Positions 53,061-64,000 of a DNA stretch of 64,000 bases are shown one piece after another. Both the position numbers and the translations under genes were made by a program. The DNA is from Vicugna vicugna (Eukaryota). Numbering within the stretch: position 1 is the first letter of the stretch; every line of letters begins with the position of its first letter. The stretch covers positions 248,001-312,000 of the forward strand of contig MU059903.1 in assembly GCA_013265495.1 (NCBI GenBank), written 5' to 3'. Under the pieces are notes generated by a model, which saw nothing but the letters and a program-made list of their open reading frames with translations, searched no databases and was not told where the DNA came from.

Positions 53061-53735
53061 CCCTCTGGACCCGGAATGATGGGGCAGAGCCCAGCACACA
53101 GCTAAGACCCTCCAAAGGATTACTCAACACCCACTTTTATCCAGACAGCGGGATCAGGGCTCCCTCTAGGAGAGGGCCAGACCCCATGACAGCGCACATG
53201 CTCAGCACAGCGCTTGGCGGGTCGTGAGGGCGCAGGGAAGCTCCCTCTCATCGAGCAGCTGAAACCATTACTGTTCAGGGCTTCGCTCATTCCCATCCTG
53301 CTCAGAGTGAGACGATGCCTGGAAACACACCCGGGGCCACCAGCTGCCAGTTTGGGCAGGAGTACCACCTGCACAAGGGAAGACATCAAACCCATAGCCG
53401 GGGGGCCCTTCTCTGACTCCAGAAGCTGCACAGTTACCACTCCAAGACCAGTCCCCTCCCTGGTCCACCAAGATGCTAGGAGCACACCTGCCTCTGCTCC
53501 CAGCCATGGGGCAGCTCACTCCCCAGGGACTAGGGGCCAGTCCACAGTTCCCCTCTTCTCATAGGCTCCTGGAAGTCTGAGAGATGAAGCCACCCTGGTG
53601 ATCGCAGCTTCAGCCTGGCCCAGGGCCCTGCTCCTCCAGGAACCTTGCTGGGTGTGGCAGCATCTGCTCTGCCTACCGGCCTCATGCTGGTCTCTGTCAC
53701 CTGCCTTGCCCAAAACTGTAAATGCCAACACCAGG

Positions 53736-54142
53736 GTTATGGGCTGAATCGTGTCCTGGATAACTCATATCTTGAAGCCCCAACCCCCTGTATTTCAGAA
53801 GGCGACCTTGGAAACAGGGTCACTGCAAATGCAATTAGTTGAGGCCACACTGGGGGAGAGAGGCCCTAATCCAGCGACTGGTGTCCTTATGAAAGGGAAG
53901 TCTGGACACAGAAGAGACCCCAGGAGACGCCACGGGAAGACTGGAGTCGTGCTGCCAGGAACCACCAGACGCCCCGGAGAGGCCAGGACAGATCCTCCCC
54001 TGCACCTGCAGAGGAAGCAGCCCTGCCCACGCCTCCCTCCCTGACTGCTGCCTCCAGGATGTGAGAGAGTGAAGTTCTGACCTTTCGGCACCTGGTCTGT
54101 GGTCCTTCGTTACTGATAACGGCAGCCCCGAGAAGAGAACAC
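53736..54142 (+). mobile_element. MLT1 (MaLR) solo LTR, copy B
   Basis: ttatgggctgaatcgtgtcc..ggccctaatccagcgactggtgtccttat..tgtggtccttcgttac..ggcagccc. Confidence 0.9.
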
Positions 54143-54439
54143 ACAGCTAAGAGCTTCAAATATATTAATAATCTGCCATCTATGCAGCATACACCCTGAG
54201 GAATAAAACATGTAGCTCAGCACCTCTGGTAGTTGATTCATGTTAGTTTTTTCTGAAGCCAGGTGAAAGCTGGTCCTAAGCTTATCTTTGCATCTTCTAA
54301 GTAATTAGCCCAGGGATCATCACGTCAGACTTGCTCACATACATTTGTGAATTTTCCATCAGGGCACGTTATCCAAAGAATTTATCACCTCTTTCAAAGG
54401 GCAAACTCCCCTAGAACATTTAAAATGCGATTTGATTTA

Positions 54440-55160
54440 CAAGCATCTGTGACGTCCACCTCCCGCAAAGCCAGGTGCGCCCGAACCCCTCTGCTGGTCC
54501 GCGTGCAGCCTGCAGCCCCGCGGAAGTGGAGGTGCAGATGCTGCCAGCTGCTGGGTGCGCAGCCATCTGTTCTCGGAGCGGGAATATCGCTCGTATCACG
54601 GCTGCAATTAATCCCATGTTTTTGTAGCTGGAGTCACAATGCTCGTTTCAGGATGGAGTTGGAGTGAGGAGAGCCTATCTATATCTGTAAATGCATGATA
54701 TCATTATTTTGGGAAATGGAAGTTTAAGCTCTGTGAAACACACAAGCCCACGGAGATCTCGGCGGAGGAACTCGTGCGCGCAGGTGCTCAACGTGATAAG
54801 GCGCGGCACCATTTATCTGTGTTTTCGCAGGCAGATATTAACATAGGCATGAATTGAGCTTTTAATCCCTTTTATTATGAACTGAATATCTTTATTTTAA
54901 CAAACATCAACAATGCACATTATTGTGGTCCAAGCTATTCACTGCTATTCCCCACAGCGCACCGTGACACGAGGCGCCGCGGTACACGTGTTCCCGGAGC
55001 TGTGGCGGCGGCGGCGGGGCACCCCGCGGTGCAGCTCACTCTCCTCCCTTCCAAACAAAGGCGCGCTCCCACAGACACTTCTCACGCAGGGAAAGAGAAC
55101 CGCGGCTTCGTCTTGTGTCCGGGAAGGCAGGGAACATCTTTCGTCCCGGAAACATTCGTG
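54440..55160. promoter_or_regulatory. CpG-dense, repeat-free segment with an E-box/GATA cluster
   Basis: Visibly CpG-dense. CAGGTG at 54781-54786, TGATAA at 54794-54799, AGATAA on the minus strand at 54813-54818. CpG observed/expected ratio not computed. Confidence 0.35.
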
Positions 55161-55856
55161 AGAAACCCAGATTTTATTTCTCTGAAATTTTGAATGGAAC
55201 TGGCTTGACTGAGGTGCTCAGAACAGCAGAGCTCAGCATCTGGTGCAGCCCAGGGGCTGAGTAAGGCCAAGTGTGGGTCCAGCCACCACTCGCTCAAGCC
55301 TCCTGTCCAGATGCGGGTGACACGCGCTGTCAGTGGAGGCTCAAAGAGAGGAGAGGAGAGAGGGTACAACCTCAGGCGGTTACCGGAGGAAGGTGATTCA
55401 CTCTCTGAGTTAATGGAACATGTATCTGAGAGCCTCTATTGTGCACGGGGCCTTGGCGGGCAGGTGAGAGATTCAAAGTGAATTTGAGAACTTCTGACTC
55501 GCAGGGACTGACAACAGAGTGGAGGAGCAAATATGCGCCCAACCAGGACTAGGCAGGCTTAGGTGTTTAATGGAGGAACAAAAGGTCAGAAAGGAGGAAT
55601 TAAGTCCGATCCCAGGGATGGAGGCAGGCTGAGCTGTATGGGAAAGGTGTTCCAGATCCTGCAAACTCACAGACAACTGTGGCAGGAGGCGTGGAACCAG
55701 GAAGCAACTTCATAGGTCCTGATTCTAGCCTGAGCCATCTCTGGTAAGAGCAGAACCAAGACCCGCTGTGGTGAGCCCTGCAGAGGCACCGGAGGTCCTC
55801 GATGCCTCCCAGCAAACATCATCGACTTCCCGGGAACTGATCTTCACATCTGAGGG

Positions 55857-56080
55857 TTTTTTTAAATTGGAGTGTAGTCAGTTACAACACTGTGTCCATT
55901 TCTGGTGGACAGCATAATGCTTCAGTCATACATATACATACATATATTCATTTTCGTATTCTTTTCATTGTAGGTTATTACAAGGTACTGAATATAAGTT
56001 CCTTGTGCAGCAGAAACTTCTCAGCCATAAAAAAAAAGAATAAAATGATGCTATTTGCAGCAATGTGGACAGACCTCGAG
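55857..56080 (-). mobile_element. Camelid-type L1, 5'-truncated with a 5' inversion (twin priming)
   Basis: Antisense L1 3' end with poly-T (55857-~56008) joined to a sense-oriented ORF2-end piece (ctcagccataaaaaaaaagaataaaatgatgctatttgcagcaatgtggacagacct). Degenerate TSD cacatctgagggtttt / tacacccgaggtttct. Confidence 0.8.
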
Positions 56081-59000
56081 TACACCCGAGGTTTCTAAAT
56101 GGCAGCTTCAGAGTTCAGTTCTACCCTCATCCCTGCACGTGGGCACACGCAAGTGTACACGGGCACATACACACGTGGCTGGAGATTACACGGACAGTGA
56201 AGTCGTTGGAAGCAGTGTCTGTACGCGCGTGTCTCACGTCGCATCACAGCTGCCGCTCACTGACAACAAAGGGGACACGAGGCCACAGGTGACACTGGTA
56301 ACTGCAGCCGACGTTCTGAAGTAGCAGCACGGCACCTGCAGGCAGGAGCACGGAGGCTCGAGACACGCCTGCCTCCACGCGCTGTGCTTCAGGTCCTGCA
56401 GCCCCCACGGGGAGTGACCGACTCAGAGGGAACAGCCTGGTGGGGCTGTGGTCGGACCACCAACCGCACGGCGCTTCCCCGCTTTAAAGGGCCTCGAAAG
56501 TGAAAGTGCAAGACATCTCCACGTCCCACACGGCGGAGGGCGGGGGCGACAGCAGCGCGTCATCCCTTACTCCAGCCACGGACCTGATACACGGAGAGCT
56601 GGAATCTGGACAAAACCAGAAAGTAAAAAAGGAAGCCGGAAACCACTGAAGAGTTAGCACTGAAGTTACCTCCTGAAAAGCTCCCCAGCCCTGCTCTAGG
56701 CTCCACTAGAATTATTTTTCATTCCCTACATTTAAAGGAGTATTATTTCTCAAGTTAATATTATTAACCAGAAATCTTCATGGTTCCCAGATAAAACTGT
56801 AAAAACGTCCTGCTGGTATAAACAAACCAGCTGAAGAGGGAAGCCAGGAGATGCCTGAGGGACACGGCTTGTCTAAGTGCTGTGTGTCCAGTTTAACAGC
56901 TCAGAGTAATCTTCATTATCCCCCAGAAAGCCTCTGATTGCTTGATTCCTTCAAATGGTACCTATTTAAATAACTCCTCCAGCTCTGCATATGGAACTAA
57001 ATTATTAGCTCCCAAAAGTGTGTGTATGAAGTCTCCAAAGCAGTCGTCAAGGCTCTGCGATTTGCTGAGAGGCGAACACTGTCTAACAACGGCTTTCTGT
57101 GACAACACACCGCAGCTCCAGTCGGCACACCTGGGAAAGCAAACCTCTGTAGGCAACACAACCACAGGCACACGGGAGGCACTGCCAGCCCACCTGCCAC
57201 GTACCTGGGGTGGGGCACGGAGGCGGAGCGTGCAGTATCAGAGGCTGGGGTCTCCGTACCCGTCTCCCCCACAAGCCACAGGTAAGGACAGCGGGCCCTC
57301 AGGGGAGGACGCCCGCAGCGTGGTCCACCAGCTCCCATCACTCACTGTGGGAAACCACAGGGAGTTCTAAACAGGACTACAGAGATGCATGGACGCTGGT
57401 CTTCCAAGCGCTGTGATTTTTCTGTCACTTCAAAGGCTTGGGTTTGCAAAGCTCAGTCCTCAAAAGGCCTCTATTTTGAGAACTTTGCCGAGCTGGGGGT
57501 GCAGGGGCAGTCGGGTCGAAAGTGGCTCTGCACCGAGCCCCCGGGCTTCTGGGCTGGGAACTTCTCTGTGCCTTTGTCCCCTCCCTGTATTTTGGTTGTT
57601 GTCTAAGCAGAATTCCATGTTAAATGCATGCTTCACACTTTACTAATAGGCTCAATCTTAAAAGGAACACACCTGCAGAGTAAAATTTTTAAGTGACAGA
57701 GCTTAGGTACAATTTGGAAACTTAATTTTCACTCATTAATTATGTTATTAAGAAACAAGCATTTGCTCTTGCCCCGCTTTTGTCCCTCAGGTTCGTGAAG
57801 ACAGAATCACTGCGGGCTCTTGTCTTGGATCAGATCTGGTTGGATCCCCAAATTTTTGGCATCAAGACTCCTCCTTACATTTCTAACTTAACTTTCTAAT
57901 TTCATGGAATATAAATGCTAACTTACTATTTATTGATGTTGGCTAAGGCACTTTGTATCAAAAAAATTGTTTTCTCTTTTTTCTTTCAGTCTTGGACAGA
58001 ATTTCTCCCCTCCAATCTAAAAGGAAGAACGGAAAAGAAAAAAAACTGAAATTTTTGCAAAAATTTTACTGCAACAAAAGAACTGGAGACCATATGTGTA
58101 AAAGAGACAAGAGAAAACTTTGGAATAGGGTGTATTCCACAAAACAAAGTAAATTTTGTAAAACTGCTTCATACTCAAGGGAGCTAAGAAAATAATGACC
58201 CACAGCACTGAGTTGCTGGACAAAGGCCTTCTGGGACCCCAGCCCCACTTTCAGGGCAGCTGGCAATTCCAGAGAGGGGTCCTGGAGGGAGGAGGACCCA
58301 GGGAAGTGCCGACGGGGCCTCAGGCCTACATCGTGTGAATGAGAAATAAGCCTTTCCTGTTTGCAGTCTCTGAGATCTGGGGTCTATCTGTTCCCTCCAC
58401 ACAAGTTAGCTTCTCCCAGCTGGCCCACCTCGGACGCCCAGCACCCGGTCCTGTGCAGTCACCCCAAGACTGGCCAGATGACTGAGTGAGGTACACACAC
58501 CTATGTGAGCAAATTATAATAAAACAAAGTCTGCAGTGAGCACCCCCAAACATACCTGACACCAACTCATCACTGTCCTGGACAGCACGTGGCATCCATC
58601 ATCAACACTTCAAAGCCTCTGTCCTCCTCGGGGTCCAGCTACTGTCCCTCTCCCAGCCCCGGGGGTCAGCCTCCACTGGTGAGGGCCACCCGACACCCTC
58701 ACCTCTGTCAAGAGGTCTGGGAAGGGAGAAGTCAGAACCCAAGGGCACTCAAGTCAGTCACAGTTTAGCCCTGAGGAGAAGGGGGCAGGAGTGAGGATCC
58801 ACGTAGGAGGTAAAATTAGGGTCACATGCTGGGCCCCCAAAGGACAGGCGCAGAGCACGGGGCTCTAAGTAAACAGTCTTCCCTGGAGCTGAATCTGCCA
58901 TTATTACTTAGTTTTAGTGTCCACACTGGTGGAGGGGAGTGGGGTGGGGGCCATTAGCAGGTTCTGCAGGGTTAAGACGCAGCCCAATGGTTTCTAGAAA

Positions 59001-60749
59001 GTTCCACCTGATCAATTAACACAGTGATCGCCCACTGTGGATCAAGTGCCCCTGAGGAGAAACACAACCGTCCCCCAGACTGGGGTGACACGGTGATCGA
59101 GGTGTTACAACAGGACGCTGGCCCCAGGAGGCGGAGGCCGGGCGGAGCATTTTACGCCGTGCACGTGCCCGGGCGCAGCTGCTGAAAACGAGACCAGCAG
59201 CCCTGGGACTGCGGGCCCAGGCTGCTCTCCACAGGATTCCCTCACGATTCCCTCACGGAGCAGAATTAATTAAAAATCAGAAGTTAAATAAACCACCCCA
59301 GGAAGATTATCTGCCTCCATAATTGAATTATGAACTCTGACGCTCATGAGTTCAACTGTCTTAAATAAACGAGCCCTGCCTGGAGGGATCCTGGCCGTTC
59401 TTAGAATGGAAATCACACACCCGTCTTCAGCCGAGGACCTTCCATGACACCCATCACACCATTTCTGTGGTCACCTGTTTACTTTTCTAAGGGAAGTCCC
59501 GCGTCCCAGGACAGCAACGTACAGGAAGCGCACACCAGATGCTGTCTGCAGACTTGCAGAACTCAAGCTGGCATAAAGCAAACGTATTTACAGCTTTTAT
59601 TGATTCATCCTCAACCTTTGCATATGTGAGAATAATCCAGCCGGGCTAAATTATATGTGCCCAATTTAGAAACGCGAGTGATGAACACATTCAAAATCTG
59701 CCCCTTAATGCTACATCAAGTGTCAACACGGGTAGCAAAACCCTTTTGATAAATCACATGATAATTTCTCACATGGTAAACAAGAGAACATTTTTAACCT
59801 CGTATATTTTTGGATGAGTTGCCCGAACACTTGCTTCCCCACTCTGCCCCCTGGAAAATTAAAGCGCGAGTACTTCCCACTGCAGCTGGCCCGGTTCTAG
59901 CGTCACTAACAAGGACCTGATACACTCCGGAATTCAGCTCCACAGTGTGGATACCAGGCACCATTACTCAGCTAGGTTACAATTAACCATCTCAAGCAGC
60001 AAGTTAATGCCTTCTGTTATCTCTGAGGGAATCAGCCACCTGGTTATCTTGGAGGCTCACAGTACGGCATTTTTCTACACTGCTACACAGGTAATTTACT
60101 TACATTTTTTCCTAAAGGCTGAGATGAGCACCTGTTATAAAAGTTGTTTGGGGTTTTCTTCCAGGATAAAAGAGCTGTAGCCATGCTGACCTGCATCCAA
60201 ATTTCAAGGCCTTAATCCACAGCAAGTCATCCACAGGACACCGCAGAGACACACACTTCACAGGTTCTTCTGGCAGCTTCTACCGCTCTGCTTCCCAGAC
60301 CACCCTCTGCGCCAGAGGCCAGATGGGGAGCAGCAGTGGCTGCGTCTGGAGGGGAAGGGGCCTCGTGCCAGCTCTGCTCCCTGGAGAGTCCGGCTCCTTC
60401 ACCAAGTGGACTGTGAGGTTCTCCTCCTTGAACTGGGGTGGACGCTGTGCCGCGCCTCCCTTCCTGGGGGGATGTTCGAGTGCTGCTTCACTCGCCCCCG
60501 TGGTTGTGGCTGTGATGGGGTCATGGTGGCCAGAAACTTGGACTCCCAGCGTTGGAGCCCTGCCTCCTCGCCCTCACGAGCTGACTCATCCTCATTCTCT
60601 GGAGTCTGGGCCTCCCTCCTTTTTGAATGGTCTTCAACTCACAATAGGAAGTAATATTTCTATCTCATCCAACAACCAAGGGATGTTTTCGTGTACTATC
60701 ACCTCTGATAGCATCTGAACTAGCATACCAGGTGAGGGTGGGATATATT

Positions 60750-60857
60750 TACAAACATACCACACCTGTACCCACACCACATACACATGCACGTGCAGAT
60801 GTGTAACTGCACAAGTGTATAAAGGAGATACATACGTGTGTGCGTGTGCAGACACAG
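60750..60857. repeat. Low-complexity CA/TG tract
   Basis: Imperfect (CA)n followed by (TG)n units. Confidence 0.7.
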
Positions 60858-62702
60858 AACTCAACTCCTCAGAGTGCGGTGGGCCCTGGAGGTAGCCCTT
60901 CTGGCTTCACACTGTGGCTCGTCCACTCCCCGTGTGGAGCCTTGGGCCAGGTTCTCTGCCATCTCTACATGAAAGCTTTGTCATATACAGATGGCAGTGA
61001 CAAAATGCCTTTCTCATCCGTCTTTCAGGAGGGCCTGTAACACAAGGTCTAACGGGCTGCGGCACGTGGCAAGTAAGCACCAGCCATCACCACGCTGCCT
61101 CCTCCCTGGGCAGCAGGTCCTCTCCAGCCTCACCTCCAGGCGAAGGTCCTGCTCTCCAGACACGGGATGTGTGGCTGGTGGGCCACCCTCAGCTGTCATC
61201 CCTTGTCAGGAGCTGCCCTGGAGGGAGAGAGCTGCCTCACCCAAGGTCACTGGGAGGGGTGCAACCCAAGGGTAGCCTGAATCCCAGGGTGGAAAGTGCA
61301 GGTTGTCCCGCCCCCCTCCGAAACCTCTGAAAGGCCATCCAGGTTTGGGGCACCCGTGGGGCCAGCTGGGGCCTTCCCTGAGGCTGCTCCCAGCCTGACT
61401 TCTCCCAGCCCCAATCCCACTTCCTTTCCGTCCTCAGAGGTAGGCCCCAGAGCCCTCCCAGAACAAAAGTCCTGCACGTGGCCCCTCCCAGACAGCTGGC
61501 TTCTCAGGGAATGCAGGCCCTCATTTTCTCTGAAGGACCCCAATGGCCCACCCACCCTGGGACTGTGTGGTTTTCAGGACACACACAGCAATTGTAGTGA
61601 TGGGGGGAGAACCGAGTAACAAGACAAGAAGAGTGAACGTGGGCATCAAACCCATGACTTCACGGTACTGCTCACTTACAAGCTAAAACAGTAACTTAGA
61701 AAATCACACTTTAAGTCTTAAAGAAGAAATTAAGTTAAAGAAAATGCTCATTATATGCTAGTGGCCCTTGGATGGCAAAAACCCCGGGAAGGCGGATAGG
61801 AATGAAGACGTCTGGGGGACAGCTGATTCTGGCCCTCAACTTCAAGCCCCATTAAGTAGCTGCATGGCAGGCTCTGTTCAGGCAGCGAAAACGTACGTGG
61901 CTGACTGACAGCCAGGGCTGCTGGGTGCCCGTCACAGTTCCCGAGAGGAATCACCACTAGGAAGGCTGGTGAGGATGTGGGCATCCAGCGCTCTGCTCAG
62001 CGCCAGCCAGCCCACGAGCATGTCCAGAGTTACTCTGGGGCCCCTTTCTACGACTCTTACTGCACTGGACCTGGGTTTACCGGTGGCCCGTCCAAAAGGC
62101 ACCGTAAGAAACAGCTCTGGAAAGCTGTCCTCCTGGCTACCATCAGGGCGGCATTCAGCAACCCAGGCAGCCCTCCTTCCAAGAGGAAACTCTGAGGTCT
62201 CAATACCAGGATGAAATGACTGGGCATCACAGGCCAGGGGTTTGTTACAGGGGCCTAGACCCCACATTTAGTTTGACTCCCTCAGAAGTAGCTCAGCATT
62301 TTGTCTAAGTAGGTATGCAATAAAAATGCCTTGAATAAATGATAAAAACATATTTTTAAAAAAACAGAGAACTTAAGATCTGGATGATACCAATGCAGAA
62401 TGAACGTAACGACATGGACCAGGTTGAAAGTGGTCCTGTGACGTAGTGAAGACACGGAACAGGGTGAGGCGGGAGGATCACAACCTCTGTGTCCATGAGG
62501 GACGGGCCTGGGGGGAAGGCAGCGCAGGGGGTGCCCACAGGGACGCCAGAACAGGGAGCTGAGTCCCCGTGCACGTGGGTTCCATCTGGGCCACGACAAT
62601 GACACGAGGAAGAGCCTTGCTTGTCACCAGAAGATAATGCCAGCCAAGGCCCTGGTCCTGACCCTAATTAGCTGTGCGGCACGACAAGAGCCAGCCCGTC
62701 AC

Positions 62703-63048
62703 TCTGTCTTAGCTGGGCTGTGACAGCAAAGCACCACCGACGGACGGCCTATAAACAATACACATGTACCTCTCAGTTCCCGAGGCTGAGGTCGGAGATC
62801 AGGGTGCAGCACGGTCGGGGTTCAGCAAGGGCCCTCTTCCTGGTTTGTAGACCGCTACCTTCTTTGTGTCCTCACATGGGAGGAGGCGGAGAGAGAGGAC
62901 ATGTCTCCTGTCTTCCCTTTTAAGGGCACAGGCCCCACCACAAGGCTCCACTCTCATGACCTGATCACCCCCCAAAGGCCCCAGCTCCTCACCCCTATGG
63001 CTTCACCATAGGAGTCTGGGGGGGGACACAAAGCGCTCAGCACGTAAC
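62703..63048 (-). mobile_element. MLT1A-type MaLR solo LTR
   Basis: tcttagct..ctcagttcccgaggctgaggtcggagatcagggtg..tgtgtcctcacatgg..ctcatgacctgatcacccc..gggggacacaaa. Confidence 0.85.
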
Positions 63049-63253
63049 AGACTCGCTCCACCAGGGCGAGCGGCCGACTGAGAAACGTGGCTCTCACTCT
63101 CAGACAGTATGTGTGTGCAGATTACAACCAACATCTGGCCTGGGAGTAGAAATTCTGATCCCAACTCCAATTTTCCGGGACAAGAACTTCTCTGCAGCAG
63201 GGGAACTACCCAGATAGAGGCAAAACCTGCTCCCGGACAAAGTGGCCCCTAGC

Positions 63254-63442
63254 TGGGATGGCCAGGGTTAACAGGCAAAATCCAAGACACCCAGTTAAAT
63301 GTGAATTTCAGATAAACAAAGAACTATATACCCATACCACACATATGCACTAAAAAATAATCCAAGGTTTATCTGAAATCCAAATCTAATTCTTCCTGGC
63401 TTATCTGAAATCCAGTCTAACTGGGTGTTAACTGGCAACATG
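63254..63442. mobile_element. MER53 palindromic hAT MITE with internal duplication
   Basis: cccagttaaatgtgaatttcagataaac...gtttatctgaaatccaaatctaa...ttatctgaaatccagtctaactggg..ctggcaac. Confidence 0.85.
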
Positions 63443-63712
63443 ACCCTGTCTGATTAGACACAGTAAGTATCGCTTTCAGGAGCCCATGGCAGCCCGTGTC
63501 TGTGAGGCAAACCTCCTGCTGAGGCCACTTCCCCACAGTGATGGGGCCAAGAAATAAGCCAACCACAGGCTCCCTCCAGAAAGGGAAGAAAACGGGGCTC
63601 CAGGCTATGCTCACGTTAAACCTACAACTGTGCCATCGGCAAATTAAAATCAATTGAAATCAATTTAGCCAGGATAAAGTCTCCCTCCCGGGCTGCGGCT
63701 CATCTGCTGCGC

Positions 63713-63868
63713 NNNNNNNNNNNNNNNNNNNNNNNNNNNNNNNNNNNNNNNNNNNNNNNNNNNNNNNNNNNNNNNNNNNNNNNNNNNNNNNNNNNNNNNN
63801 NNNNNNNNNNNNNNNNNNNNNNNNNNNNNNNNNNNNNNNNNNNNNNNNNNNNNNNNNNNNNNNNNNNN
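63713..63868. other. Assembly gap (156 N)
   Basis: N-run. Confidence 1.
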
Positions 63869-64000
63869 GCTCTGGCAGCAGATGGCTGGGGCTGATCTGT
63901 TGACACTGGCGGGATGTCGGTGCGAAGCCTCGGCTCGGCGGGCCTCCTCTGGGAGCCGTGGAGGACCCCAGCCCCTCCGCAGACATTTGCCTCCTAATTG

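Noticed and set aside
1-64000. CRISPR arrays, prokaryotic operons, rRNA, NUMTs, ERV coding regions, telomeric arrays
   Set aside because: None seen; the window is mammalian non-coding DNA dominated by old interspersed repeats.

Overview
64 kb of GC- and CpG-rich mammalian nuclear DNA from a gapped draft assembly (four N-runs of 132-164 nt). A tRNA-derived SINE at ~20.9 kb and an L1 3' end at ~55.9 kb resemble camelid (camel/alpaca) repeats, so a camelid source is likely; this is inferred from recalled repeat sequences, not from a search. I could not recognise any protein-coding gene, structural RNA gene or CRISPR array. The ORF track looks like chance open frames in GC-rich non-coding DNA. 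The window reads as gene-poor intergenic or long-intron sequence with ancient repeats (MIR, L2, L1M/HAL1, MLT1, MER58A, MER53, Charlie1), AT-rich repeat-free islands that may be conserved regulatory elements, and a few well-formed but unproven splice-site pairs. Best observations: (1) two inverted MLT1 LTRs 21 kb apart share an indel-free 242-bp core at 89% identity, suggesting gene conversion; (2) a canonical REST/RE1 silencer motif at 39820-39840; (3) patchy AT-to-GC rewriting of old transposons, consistent with GC-biased gene conversion; (4) a twin-primed, 5'-inverted L1 with a target-site duplication (TSD); (5) a MER53 hairpin with an internal duplication; (6) a speculative frame-compatible three-exon chain at 34.8-36.9 kb. 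I found no convincing novel multi-gene system. Repeat subfamily names and boundaries are by eye against remembered consensuses and are approximate.
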